Of a stretch of 64,000 bases of DNA, positions 50,556 to 60,890 are shown one piece after another. Origin of the DNA: Candidatus Enterousia sp. (GTDB taxonomy: Bacteria > Pseudomonadota > Alphaproteobacteria > Rs-D84); the NCBI GenBank assembly GCA_045646625.1, contig JAZRLB010000004.1:2323-66322 (forward strand), given 5' to 3'. Position 1 is the first letter of the stretch. Every line of letters begins with the position of its first letter. The notes under the pieces are model-generated. The model was not told the origin of the DNA. It saw only the letters and a program-made list of their open reading frames with translations, and searched no databases. The translations under genes and the position numbers were made by a program.

Positions 50556-52928
50556 TTAGGCGGCGATAGAATGCGAACTGTTATAGTCGGCAATTAGGGT
50601 ACTTACCTGGCCATTAAAACGCTTTTGTGCGTTTTTCGCACTAAGATTTCTGAACCAATTGTACATAGGCCCGGTTTTGGTGTTTCGCCCTGTTTCCAAC
50701 ATATTCCAGTATTTAACCAATTCTTCCAAATCATCAACATGAGTGGCATCCCAATTGCGCACTTCTTCTTCATGGCGTGTTATCTGTTCGTTTAATTGAT
50801 CCAGCAATTCTTGACCATTTACTAGATGTTCTAACAGTCTTTGTCTTGTACCCAGTCGTCTTCTGTTCAGTTTCAGGGTTGGGAAACCGGTTTCTATGGC
50901 GTCCAGGTGGGCCTGCAACGGCGCGCCGGTACCGGTCAGTGTTGGCTTTGGTTTCAAAGTGTCTGAATTAATTGAGTCCAGGAAATCACTCACCGCTTCG
51001 TATTCAGTTTGATTCGCGATCGGATCCCATGCGCCACCACCGGTCACATTATTGTATGTTTGGGCCAAGGCGGTTCTCAATGCCTGAACATTCGCAGCGC
51101 AGAAAGTGTCTATGGCGGTTATGTATCCTTGGATGTCATGTTCCATGTTTGCTTTTGCAACGTCGTACGTATGTCCACGACGAATTCTGTCAACGGTGGC
51201 TTGGGTTGTGGCTTGTTGTGCGCGTTCACTGGTCAGCAACCTTTCAAGCGCCACCTTGTCGGCGGCCTGTTTGTCTAAATAGGCGTTGTGTTCGGCCGCG
51301 AAATTTCCACTTTTATCAGAATATTGTTTGATTTTGCTGCCTGACAGGTTTATCGCATTACCAACCATAGTTATGCCATAGCCAATACCCATAAGTGCGG
51401 TTTTGATACCTTTGTCCAACGCTTTGGTGACAACCTGCATTCCTTCGTTTTTATTCCATGACAATTTGTCGTGGGAAAAGATGCTTAGTTTTTCTTTGCC
51501 CAGGGCATCCATAATCTTGCTGGTGGTATAGTCGTAATGTAATACGGAAATCAGTTCCAATGCGGTCTTGGCTTCGTCCTTTTTGCCTTCTTTGATTGCG
51601 CGTATCATGATTTCTTTGACCAAAGCCTGCATATGCGTGCCATTTTTCAAAGCACCGGCCCAGACCTTGGATATTTTTGGGTCGTTTTTCAATGCGTTCA
51701 GCGTTTTGTCAAACCATTCAAGATGCTTTTTTGCTTTGAACTCGCGCGCACCCTGCAATTTGTCTTTTGCGTTGCCGATGTTTTTTAATACACCATCCAG
51801 ACCGTCCGTTTTTTTCAGTCCTTTGCGCAAATGCTTGCAAATTGCTTTGGCTTCTGGCGAAAAAAACAACTCGTCGCCTTTGAGTTTTGCATATTTTTCC
51901 AGGCAGTCAGAATATGTATCACCCCACCATTCAGACAAGCGTTCCGGCAAGGTCAGAGTATCTTCGCGCTTCGGCTGCACATAATCTTCACTTTTTGGAT
52001 CGTCGTATGATTGATTCTTTATCGCCTTGTTCAACGGCCCAGAAATTTTACCGTCATCGTATTGTTCAAAAACTTCGCGAACTTTTGAATCGCGCCGAAG
52101 CGTATCTAACAAAGTTCTGTATTCGTGTTTGAATTGTTCCAGACGAAATACCGAGATATTATCGTCATCAAACCACGCGGAAGTATCGCTGCAATCTGGG
52201 ATTTCTGATGGATTTGTAATCCCCAGACGTTGTTGCATGGTTGTGTCACCCGCGATATAACCGTCAATAACCTGAGCAACTTTTTCCAGGTTCTTTCTGA
52301 ACTTTGGGTTTTTGTTATATTTTTCCGAGACAATTCCACCCAACAAATCATCATATGAAAAATCGTCAGTCAACAATCCCCAGTTTTTTAATTGCAACTC
52401 TAAACGATTTTTATACTTGGTCAAAAAACCATGAAGTGTAACCGCCGTTGAGCCAGCAGGGGCTGGACCAATTTTTTGCTTGCCGGCGGCGGTCGCCTTG
52501 GTGTATTGGAACAAATGGTGGATGGTCGTTGTACCAGATGTATGCGAACCAAAGTACGTGTCCAGGAATTTTGTGGCCTTGTCATTATACTTGAAATCCT
52601 TCCGGGCCCCATCCATTGACTGAAAGGCGCTCTGAAAGGCCTTGAACATTTTTTTCCATTCTTTGTCGTCGGCCCCCAGATACATTTCATCGGCGGGGTC
52701 CTCTGGGTCGGGCAAAGCCTTCTGTATATAAATATTCGTTTCAGGAACGGTTTCAAATTCACCGGTTGCGGGGTTTTTCTTTAATAATTCTTCCGCCCAG
52801 ATTTTCTGGTTGTCGGTCGCCTTTTTATCCCGGATATAGCCACAAAATTGCACAAATTGCTCGTGCGACATTTCACGAAATATCAGCCTGTTGTAATAAG
52901 CTGTCAAAAAATCTTTCATATTAGCCAT
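50556..52928 (-). CDS. large hypothetical protein (about 790 aa), no signal peptide, Lys/Asp-rich, effector-like
   Basis: Probable start MANMKDFLTAYY; no family recognised; co-oriented with preceding gene. Confidence 0.5.
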   Translation of the reverse strand: MANMKDFLTAYYNRLIFREMSHEQFVQFCGYIRDKKATDNQKIWAEELLKKNPATGEFETVPETNIYIQKALPDPEDPADEMYLGADDKEWKKMFKAFQSAFQSMDGARKDFKYNDKATKFLDTYFGSHTSGTTTIHHLFQYTKATAAGKQKIGPAPAGSTAVTLHGFLTKYKNRLELQLKNWGLLTDDFSYDDLLGGIVSEKYNKNPKFRKNLEKVAQVIDGYIAGDTTMQQRLGITNPSEIPDCSDTSAWFDDDNISVFRLEQFKHEYRTLLDTLRRDSKVREVFEQYDDGKISGPLNKAIKNQSYDDPKSEDYVQPKREDTLTLPERLSEWWGDTYSDCLEKYAKLKGDELFFSPEAKAICKHLRKGLKKTDGLDGVLKNIGNAKDKLQGAREFKAKKHLEWFDKTLNALKNDPKISKVWAGALKNGTHMQALVKEIMIRAIKEGKKDEAKTALELISVLHYDYTTSKIMDALGKEKLSIFSHDKLSWNKNEGMQVVTKALDKGIKTALMGIGYGITMVGNAINLSGSKIKQYSDKSGNFAAEHNAYLDKQAADKVALERLLTSERAQQATTQATVDRIRRGHTYDVAKANMEHDIQGYITAIDTFCAANVQALRTALAQTYNNVTGGGAWDPIANQTEYEAVSDFLDSINSDTLKPKPTLTGTGAPLQAHLDAIETGFPTLKLNRRRLGTRQRLLEHLVNGQELLDQLNEQITRHEEEVRNWDATHVDDLEELVKYWNMLETGRNTKTGPMYNWFRNLSAKNAQKRFNGQVSTLIADYNSSHSIAA

Positions 52929-53039
52929 AATCGCACCTTTAACTATCCTGTTTATTATAGTGTAAATTTGACAAAATTTCAATATTTTCTGTACTTTTTT
53001 TGTGGATTTTGGTTATATTTTTCTTGGAAAGGACGATTT

Positions 53040-54203
53040 ATGAAAAGATTGCTGATTTCGCTGTACGGTTTTTCATTTTTTAATAAGTTTTTATTGCTGA
53101 CACCCGTCTATGCAATTTTTATGCAAGAAAATGGTTTAAGCGACCTGCAATTGTCCACTATGTTCATTGTGTCGGCCGTGGGAACAATACTGGCACAGGT
53201 GCCAATCACATTTATCACAAACAGAATTGGGCAGCGATGGTCTATGATTGCAGGACAAATCTTGAAAGGCATTGCGATATTACTGTGGTTGGTGACACCA
53301 ACATATTTGGGTTTCGCGGTCGGTATGTTTTTATGGGGCGCCCAGGCAGGATTCCGTGGTGTCGCATTCGAAGGCCTGGTATATGATTCCGTGGCGGCAT
53401 ACGGTAAAAAACGTGAATATTCACGAATTCTGGGACGCAAAGCAACATACGAATCAGTCGGAACGGCACTGTCCGCATTTGGTTCGCTGCTGATGTTTAT
53501 GGGATATGATTGGGTGACATGGGCGTCGGTTGCCGCGATACTGATTTCTATGATCTGCCTGCTGTCGGTGCCATATCGTCCGATTACGCCCACTAATGTA
53601 GCGGCAATAAGTATACGTAAAATGATGCGAACAGGCGTTCGTGTGTGTATGCGAACCCCCTGTTTGATGCCGATTATGCTGTTGGCATTATTTGTGGCAA
53701 ATGTACCATACATTGATGATTTTTTAAGCCCCATAGCATTACAAATCGGTATCCCAACAGAATATGTGGGGATTGTGCCGCTGTTCTTGTTGGGGTGCGC
53801 GACAATCGGGCAACGATTTGCGTATAAATTTGCAAATCTGTCGGATAAATTTTTATATGCGCTGATCGGGGTGGTTGGAATGGCGTATATTGGATTTGGA
53901 ATGGATTATGGAATTGGCTCTTTGTGGATTATGGGCGTGGCATATATGTTGTTCTATGGGATTTATACACTGATATATTCACGATTTCAACATATGATTC
54001 CATCGCGTCATCGGTCAGTTGCGCTGTCTTTTTATACGACAATAAACTATGCGACTTATATGATTGTCTGCGGCATTGTTGGGCTGGGGGCAACATTGGG
54101 CAGTTGGCGGTTCAGTATTATGATTCTGGGGGCAATAATGATTGCGGTATGTGTTTGGGCAATGACATTCGTCCGTAAACGCTGTGGCACAATTAAAAAT
54201 TAA
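53040..54203 (+). CDS. MFS-type transporter (12 TM), paralog 1
   Basis: ATG 53040 after AAAGGA; polytopic; conserved N-terminal block LLISLYGFSFFNKFLLLTPVYAIFMQ shared with downstream paralog. Confidence 0.7.
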   Translation: MKRLLISLYGFSFFNKFLLLTPVYAIFMQENGLSDLQLSTMFIVSAVGTILAQVPITFITNRIGQRWSMIAGQILKGIAILLWLVTPTYLGFAVGMFLWGAQAGFRGVAFEGLVYDSVAAYGKKREYSRILGRKATYESVGTALSAFGSLLMFMGYDWVTWASVAAILISMICLLSVPYRPITPTNVAAISIRKMMRTGVRVCMRTPCLMPIMLLALFVANVPYIDDFLSPIALQIGIPTEYVGIVPLFLLGCATIGQRFAYKFANLSDKFLYALIGVVGMAYIGFGMDYGIGSLWIMGVAYMLFYGIYTLIYSRFQHMIPSRHRSVALSFYTTINYATYMIVCGIVGLGATLGSWRFSIMILGAIMIAVCVWAMTFVRKRCGTIKN

Positions 54204-54276
54204 AGAAAATTTATGCTGGGATTTTATTAGTAAAAGGACTATAATCACACCTGAATTTGGCTTTCAGGAAGGGAAT

Positions 54277-55518
54277 ATGAAGAAAAAATCAAGCTTGCGC
54301 AAATTATTATTTAATGTGTATGCGTTTGCGTTCTTTAATAAACTGCTGTTGCTGTCGCCCGTGTACGCCGTGTTTATGCAAGAACACGGAATGTCGGATA
54401 TGCAATTGTCCGCACTGTTCATTATTCTGTCGGTCGGGACATTTATGACCCAGATTCCCGTCACGTGGGTGACAAATAAACTGGGGCAGAAGAATGCAAT
54501 TAACCTTGGGCAACTGCTAAAAGCGATTGCATTTGTGCTGTGGCTGATATGGCCCACGTTCTGGGGGTTTTCAATCGGGATGTTTCTGTGGGGGATTCAG
54601 GCGGCGTTCTTTAACGTGGCGTACGAAGGACTGTTGTATGACGAACTGCGCGCACGCAGACATCACGATGTTTATGCGCGGGCATTGGGAATGCGATACA
54701 ATGTGTCGGCGGTGGCGGTGGCACTGTCCGCATTTGGGTCGCTGATGATGCCGTTGGGATACGAATGGATTACGATGGCGTCCTTGGTGGCAGTGGCACT
54801 GTCTATGATTTCAATCAACAGAATCCAAATACGCGCACACCACAAATCGGTAAAGCGACGGGAACGCAAAACGGACTTTATGAAATTGTTTAGAACCGGC
54901 ACAAAAATCTGTGTCCAGACACCGTGTATTTTTCTAATGCTGATGCTGACACTGTTGGTAAGTAATATTTGCTATCTGGACGATTATTTAAGCCCAATCG
55001 GAATTGAAATCGGATTACCTGTTATGTATGTGGGACTGGTTCAGTTCTTTGCACTGGGGTGCAGCGTTCTGGGGCAGACATTCGCACACAGATTTAAGCA
55101 TATACCAGATTGGATGCTGTATTCTGCAATTTGTGTGGCAGGCGGATTGTACATAGTATTCGCATTCAGTTATTCTGTGGCGGGGTTGTGGGCACTGGGG
55201 GTTGCGTATGCTTTGTTTGCGGCGATATATATATTGCTGTATTCCAGATTCCAAGACTTTTTGCCTTCGTCATATCGGTCGGTTATTTTGGCACTGTTCA
55301 GTATCGGCGAAAATATTACGTATATTGTGACATGTCTGCTGATTGGGTTGGGCGGAACATTGGGCAGCTGGAAGTACAGTATTATGTTCATAGGCGCTAC
55401 ATTGGTGCTGATTGGGCTGTGGGCGCTGGTGTACATCAGGGATAGATGCGCCGTTTCACAGATACCACGCGGGCACACCATCAAAACAACACGACCCGCA
55501 GGTTCAGATATTGTTTAA
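54277..55518 (+). CDS. MFS-type transporter (12 TM), paralog 2 (tandem duplicate)
   Basis: ATG 54277; LLFNVYAFAFFNKLLLLSPVYAVFMQ... colinear with upstream protein. Confidence 0.7.
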   Translation: MKKKSSLRKLLFNVYAFAFFNKLLLLSPVYAVFMQEHGMSDMQLSALFIILSVGTFMTQIPVTWVTNKLGQKNAINLGQLLKAIAFVLWLIWPTFWGFSIGMFLWGIQAAFFNVAYEGLLYDELRARRHHDVYARALGMRYNVSAVAVALSAFGSLMMPLGYEWITMASLVAVALSMISINRIQIRAHHKSVKRRERKTDFMKLFRTGTKICVQTPCIFLMLMLTLLVSNICYLDDYLSPIGIEIGLPVMYVGLVQFFALGCSVLGQTFAHRFKHIPDWMLYSAICVAGGLYIVFAFSYSVAGLWALGVAYALFAAIYILLYSRFQDFLPSSYRSVILALFSIGENITYIVTCLLIGLGGTLGSWKYSIMFIGATLVLIGLWALVYIRDRCAVSQIPRGHTIKTTRPAGSDIV

Positions 55519-55566
55519 GCATAGATTCTTGTACGGTTAAAACGTATAAAATAGTAATATACGGAT

Positions 55567-56238
55567 ATGAAGCCAAATGTCCGTATAATTTTTTTAAAAT
55601 CTTTGCCGTATCTGATGTCAATTGCAGGCGGAATCATACTGTACACAGGCGCAATAGATAATGCACCAAATGCAAATCTGCAAGATCTGGTTATTAATGT
55701 GTCGGCGTCTTTGTTGTCGATTCCGCTGGTTTTTTTGCTGTACGATTATACTAATTCACGCATCACAAACCAGATGAAGCAAACAATGGTGACCAGTATG
55801 ACAGACAAACTGAATGTGCTGATGCTGAATATTATTATGCTGTTGCGAGAATCAATGGGTGTGCGAACAAAACTGACAACAGAAAATCTGAATAGAATGC
55901 TGATATGGCAAGCACCAGAAATATCAAAACGAATTAAGATTACACCAAAAATTCTGGATAAACTGCACGAATACCACAATGAACTGGACACACAATTGTT
56001 CAGAAATGCCCAAACACACGTTCTGACAACCGAACAGGCACAGATTCTGGCCGGATTGGTACGCGATATAACACATCTGATAAATGAAAGCAAATTTAGA
56101 CACAACAAGCATATCACCGCAAAATATATTGAATCTGTGATGGGACGGATTCTGGACTGGCTGGATTCAGACAGCGTGGCGGCAATGAATCTGGCCCAGC
56201 ATATGGCAGATACAAACGCCACAGATAACAAAAAATAA
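55567..56238 (+). CDS. hypothetical membrane protein (2 TM + helical cytoplasmic domain)
   Basis: 223-aa ORF; no family recognised. Confidence 0.45.
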   Translation: MKPNVRIIFLKSLPYLMSIAGGIILYTGAIDNAPNANLQDLVINVSASLLSIPLVFLLYDYTNSRITNQMKQTMVTSMTDKLNVLMLNIIMLLRESMGVRTKLTTENLNRMLIWQAPEISKRIKITPKILDKLHEYHNELDTQLFRNAQTHVLTTEQAQILAGLVRDITHLINESKFRHNKHITAKYIESVMGRILDWLDSDSVAAMNLAQHMADTNATDNKK

Positions 56239-56350
56239 AAAAATTTGTATTTTTTGCATTTTTTCTTGCATTTTGTTTTTTTATATGTCAAAATGTCCGC
56301 CGACCACTGGAAACGAAATACTTGTATTTTGACTTTCCAGGTCCGGCTTT

Positions 56351-56426
56351 GGGGACATAGCTCAGTTGGTAGAGCAAATGACTTTTAATCATTGGGTCCA
56401 GGGTTCGAGTCCCTGTGTCCCCACCA
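56351..56426 (+). tRNA. tRNA-Lys (anticodon UUU)
   Basis: GGGGACATAGCTCAGTTGGTAGAGC...anticodon loop CTTTTAA...GGGTTCGAGTCCCTGTGTCCCCACCA. Confidence 0.9.
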
Positions 56427-56433
56427 GAAATTC

Positions 56434-56468
56434 AACGACCGCTTGCCGGTCGTTTAATTTTTTTATTT
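56434..56468 (+). terminator. intrinsic terminator after tRNA-Lys
   Basis: aacgaccgcttgccggtcgtt + taattttttt. Confidence 0.7.
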
Positions 56469-56544
56469 TCGCTTGTAAAAAAAATTGAAAAACTGCGATT
56501 TTATGCTAAGTTCACAGTAGAATAAAAGCATAAAAGGATAGACA

Positions 56545-56886
56545 ATGTCATTTACACAGGAAAAAAGAATAAAAGTCCGCAAGTGTCAGGGTTGTGAAAA
56601 ACACTGCGAATTTGGTGTTAAATTCGAAGAATCAAAAGTCATCCACAAAGGAAAACTGGTATCCAAACAATGCGTATATCCAACACTGGGTGGAAATGCC
56701 ATAAAATCATACTTTAATAGTATTGGCGAAACTGTTAAGCCTGGCTTTCTTATTATGGACAATATTGTCATACTGGATAGGGTGCCCAAAAAAATAAATG
56801 CTGAAACTATGTCACATATTACCGAAGACATGTTAAAAGAGGCACAACTAATTTCTTATTTGTGCGACCATTACAAAACAAGATAG
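56545..56886 (+). CDS. hypothetical protein with N-terminal CxxC..HC motif
   Basis: 113-aa ORF followed by terminator ccaccgcccgattgggtgg+T-run at 56904-56931. Confidence 0.4.
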   Translation: MSFTQEKRIKVRKCQGCEKHCEFGVKFEESKVIHKGKLVSKQCVYPTLGGNAIKSYFNSIGETVKPGFLIMDNIVILDRVPKKINAETMSHITEDMLKEAQLISYLCDHYKTR

Positions 56887-57092
56887 AAACAACAAAACTA
56901 ATCCACCGCCCGATTGGGTGGTTTTTTGTTTGTGTGACAGCTTTGGTGTTTTTAATGAAAAAATTAGTCGCAAAAGAATGTGCAACATAAGATAATATAC
57001 AATACAAATGCGATAACCCCAATATGACACATCGGTATATTTGGCACATTACTTGATCATATCTAAATAATAAAACATGCGCCCGTGGGCGC

Positions 57093-57440
57093 ATGGTGCA
57101 GATGAACATATAAGCCGGATTCTGTCCTGCCGACAGGCCAGTATGTTTCGCATACCACCCCGCGGTAGTGGGCATGATTAATCTGCATATTGCATTACTG
57201 CGATATGTCAAGCCTTCTACCCGCCCCCGATGTGGGACACATATAGGGAGCCTATTTGAAGTTGCTGCGCGCAGAGATTGCCCGTTTCACTCGAATTTAA
57301 TCGTTTACGTCACTGTTGCTCTAATCGTCGGGTTGCCCCGCCCGGTATATTAGCCGGTACGCTGTCCCAAGCAGTCCGGACTTTCCTCCGCCTGTTGCCA
57401 GACGGCCATGCCCTGTGCATCTTACGGTTGCTGATTTTAG
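57093..57440 (-). ncRNA. rnpB: RNase P RNA (bacterial type A)
   Basis: Minus strand contains GGCGGAGGAAAGUCCGGAC (P4 5' strand), ACCGGCUAAUAUACCGGGCGGGGCAACCCGACGAUUAGAGCAACAG (P10-P12 region) and ACAGAAUCCGGCUUAU (P4 3' strand); terminator hairpin gcgcccgtgggcgc at 57079-57092; ends approximate (+/-15 nt). Confidence 0.8.
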
Positions 57441-57510
57441 CAGTTTTTTATGATATTTCAACTTTTCTTTTTACAGTTGAATATTTGCGCATTTTTCACT
57501 AAATTTATAT

Positions 57511-59568
57511 GTGATGAGATGCCAAATAATAGATTTTTTAAATACTGACCTGCAATTTATTCGCGGGGTGGGTCCGGCGTTGGCTGCGCGACTGGATGAA
57601 GTGCTGGGCGGGCGGCGTGTGTTGGATTTTCTGCGTCACCGTCCATCATATGTGCGTGCACGCGGGATAACAGAAAATGTGCTGGATGCAAATCCAGGCG
57701 ACACAATTACAATTCCGTTATTAATAAAATCACATCGCACGGGACGTGCATTTCGTGGACGTCGCAGTCCAAGCCAGATTACCTGCAATGACAAAATGGG
57801 GAACACCGTTATTATTCAATTCTTTAATGCAAAATATCTGGATTATTGGATGAACAAAATGCCAGTGGGCACGTGGCGTATGGTGTCAGGAAAACTGGAA
57901 AAGACATCCAAACCGACCATCAATCATCCGGACTTTATTGAAGAATTACAAAACGCTGCAAAAATCCCATCCGCCCAGGCAATTTATCCGGCAGGCGAAG
58001 GGTTGACCCAAAAAGTATTTGCAAATATTCGCGATCAAATTTTTGCTGCCCTGCCCGACAAATTACGCGGAGAAAGTGATGAACGCGTGCTGGAATTTTT
58101 TGATGCTTTGGAACACGTGCATTTTCCAAAATCTGATGCAGAATTGGCGCCAAACGCAACATATATGGCAAAATTAGCGTACTGTGAATTATTAGCCCAT
58201 CAGGCCGCGATTGTTATCAGTCGGCGCAATCGTATGGACGTGCGGAACCGACGAACCGTGCGGGCAAAAAAATACGATTTAATGGAAAAGTTTTGGAGCA
58301 CCCTGCCCTTTGAAATGACGGGCGCGCAAAAGCGTACGTGTGATGATATTTTTCACGACTTGATGCGAGACGTGCCAATGATGCGACTGGTCCAGGGGGA
58401 TGTGGGCAGTGGCAAAACCATTGTTGCATTGGCCGCTGCTGTGCGAATGGCCGAAATGGGTAGCCAGACCGCTATATTGGCGCCAACCGACACATTGGCA
58501 CAGCAACATTTTGCGAAATTAAAGCCTATGTGTGATGAAATTGGTATTGTGTCCGACATTCTGACCGGCCGCGACAAAGGCGTGGCACGTCGTGAAAAGT
58601 TAATATCGTTGCGATCGGGGCGCACACGTGTTGTTGTGGGAACACACGCATTATTTTCTGCGGATGTTGAATACAAAGATTTAGGGCTGGTTATAATTGA
58701 CGAGCAACATAGGTTTGGCGTTGCCCAGCGCGAAGCATTACGCAATAAAGGAAAAAATCCAGATTTGTTGGCACTGTCCGCGACACCAATTCCGCGTACG
58801 CTGTCTATGACAATCTATGGCGATATGGACGTGTCTATTATTAACGAAAAGCCCGCCGGACGAAAGCCCATAAAAACAACCAAATTGTCGTGTGCACGGA
58901 TTATAGATTTGTTAGAACGCATTGATATGCAGGTGAATGCTGGCGCCAAGGTGTTCTGGGTTTGCCCATTGGTTGAAGAATCTGAAAACGATAACGCAAT
59001 GACCGCAGCCGAAGAACGACACAAGATGTTGGCTGAATATTTCCCAAATGTGGGGCTGGTTCATGGAAAAATGGATAAAAAAGAACGCGATGCGGTTATG
59101 GCAAAATTTGCCGCCACGGATTCCGATATGCCAATATTGGTCGCCACCACAGTGATAGAGGTTGGAATTGATGTCCCACAGGCGTCTATTATTGTAATTG
59201 AAAACGCAGAGCGGTTTGGTTTGGCTGCTTTACATCAATTGCGTGGGCGCGTGGGGCGCGGCAACACGCAATCGTACTGCGTGCTGGTATTTGGACGAAA
59301 CGTATCAGAGGACGGATTAAGGCGACTGGATGTACTGTGCGAAACCGATGATGGGTTTGTTATCGCAGAACAAGATTTAATGATGCGTGGTGTTGGCGAA
59401 TTATTGGGCACGCGACAAAGTGGTTGGATGCGATACTATTTCGTGGACTATCGCGAACATCGGGATTTGTTCAAGTTGGCCTCAACCGCTGCACGTGATA
59501 ATGATATAGATTCCTGGGTGTGTGATTTAATGTATTTCTTTGATCGTGGGGTGGTGCTGGGTGCGTAA
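57511..59568 (+). CDS. recG: ATP-dependent DNA helicase RecG
   Basis: Walker A GDVGSGKT, DEQHRFG, LSATPIPRTL motifs; N-terminal wedge domain. Confidence 0.9.
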   Translation: MMRCQIIDFLNTDLQFIRGVGPALAARLDEVLGGRRVLDFLRHRPSYVRARGITENVLDANPGDTITIPLLIKSHRTGRAFRGRRSPSQITCNDKMGNTVIIQFFNAKYLDYWMNKMPVGTWRMVSGKLEKTSKPTINHPDFIEELQNAAKIPSAQAIYPAGEGLTQKVFANIRDQIFAALPDKLRGESDERVLEFFDALEHVHFPKSDAELAPNATYMAKLAYCELLAHQAAIVISRRNRMDVRNRRTVRAKKYDLMEKFWSTLPFEMTGAQKRTCDDIFHDLMRDVPMMRLVQGDVGSGKTIVALAAAVRMAEMGSQTAILAPTDTLAQQHFAKLKPMCDEIGIVSDILTGRDKGVARREKLISLRSGRTRVVVGTHALFSADVEYKDLGLVIIDEQHRFGVAQREALRNKGKNPDLLALSATPIPRTLSMTIYGDMDVSIINEKPAGRKPIKTTKLSCARIIDLLERIDMQVNAGAKVFWVCPLVEESENDNAMTAAEERHKMLAEYFPNVGLVHGKMDKKERDAVMAKFAATDSDMPILVATTVIEVGIDVPQASIIVIENAERFGLAALHQLRGRVGRGNTQSYCVLVFGRNVSEDGLRRLDVLCETDDGFVIAEQDLMMRGVGELLGTRQSGWMRYYFVDYREHRDLFKLASTAARDNDIDSWVCDLMYFFDRGVVLGA

Positions 59569-60850
59569 GATTTTTATATTTTTATTGTCGCTGATTATCG
59601 CCATTCCATCGATGGGTGCATCATTGATAAACGACACAGAAATAGAACGCGCGATTGGGAAATTGGTTACGCCACTTGTACACGCCGCCAATATTCCAGA
59701 TGGCCGAATGAATATTCATATTGTCAACGACGATGACTTTAACGCATTTGTTATGGGTGGCGAAGATATTTATGTTTATACAGGGCTGTTGAAGCAAATC
59801 AAAAATCCAAATGCACTGCAGGCCGTAGTCGCACACGAATTGGGGCATACACTGGGCGGACATATGGCACAAATGTCAGACCGAATGAACGCAGAAATGA
59901 AGCGCACAATGCTGATTCAGGCGTTGGGGGTGGGCCTGATGGTAGCAGGCGGCAATCCGACGCTGGGGGCTGGGGTTTTAGCGGGCTCGTCCGGGGTTGC
60001 ACAACAATCTATGCTGGCATTCACGCGTGACGAAGAACGTGTTGCCGATAATATGGGCGTGGATTTAATGGTTCGTGCGAAGCAAAATCCAAATGGATTT
60101 ATCACCGTTCTGGAACAAATGCAGGAATTAACGGGCGCGGCGGAATCTCGTATTAACCCAAACCGTATAAATCACCCACTGACCACAGAAAGATTAAATA
60201 ATGTACGGGAACAGATTGCACAAATCAATAATGATAAAAAATGGAAGTCGGCCAATGCGGCAGAATACGAATTGGTGCGTGCAAAACTTATTGGATATCT
60301 GGACAGCGCCAAACAAGTTCGTGAAAAATATCCAAATTCTGATAAATCTGATGCGGCGATTTATGCGCGCGCAATCGCAAATATGCGCGGTGGGAATCTG
60401 GATGGGGCGCGTGTGGGTACGCAGACACTAATATCACGACATCCAGACAATCCATATTTCTATGAATTATTGGGGGATATTGAATATCAATTTGGGCACT
60501 ATGACGACAGTGTCAAGGCGTATGAAAAATCATTGGAACTGGTGAGGGATGCGCCACAGATTCAGACTGCATTGGCATTGGTATTAAGCGAACGCAACAA
60601 ACCAGGCGACGAGGCGCGCGCAATCGAAATGTGCAAGCGCGCGTTATTAAAGGCCCCCGCCCCGCTGACATACTGGGTTCTGGCACGCACATATGGGGAC
60701 CGCAATCCTGGACACAGCGCGTGGGCAATGGCAGAATATTATAATATGATCGGCCAAAAAGATGATGCCAAGGCATATGCAAAACGCGCCCAAAAATACC
60801 TGAAAAAAGATACCGCAGAATATATCAAATCTGGTGATATATTAAAATAA
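59540..60850 (+). CDS. periplasmic M48 metalloprotease with C-terminal TPR repeats (BepA/YfgC-like)
   Basis: Signal peptide; HELGH zinc motif; TPR-like C-terminal third. Confidence 0.8.
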   Translation: MIVGWCWVRKIFIFLLSLIIAIPSMGASLINDTEIERAIGKLVTPLVHAANIPDGRMNIHIVNDDDFNAFVMGGEDIYVYTGLLKQIKNPNALQAVVAHELGHTLGGHMAQMSDRMNAEMKRTMLIQALGVGLMVAGGNPTLGAGVLAGSSGVAQQSMLAFTRDEERVADNMGVDLMVRAKQNPNGFITVLEQMQELTGAAESRINPNRINHPLTTERLNNVREQIAQINNDKKWKSANAAEYELVRAKLIGYLDSAKQVREKYPNSDKSDAAIYARAIANMRGGNLDGARVGTQTLISRHPDNPYFYELLGDIEYQFGHYDDSVKAYEKSLELVRDAPQIQTALALVLSERNKPGDEARAIEMCKRALLKAPAPLTYWVLARTYGDRNPGHSAWAMAEYYNMIGQKDDAKAYAKRAQKYLKKDTAEYIKSGDILK

Positions 60851-60890
60851 ATATTGACAATATATCTCTTTGCGGCGATGATGGTTTGTT

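Noticed and set aside
52848-53039. N-terminal 64-codon extension of first MFS gene in ORF track
   Set aside because: Overlaps the convergent/divergent upstream gene and lacks an SD; ATG at 53040 has an AAAGGA SD and begins the conserved paralog block.
57168-57502. Two small + strand ORFs (61 and 74 aa)
   Set aside because: They lie inside the RNase P RNA gene on the opposite strand; conserved rnpB motifs explain the region.
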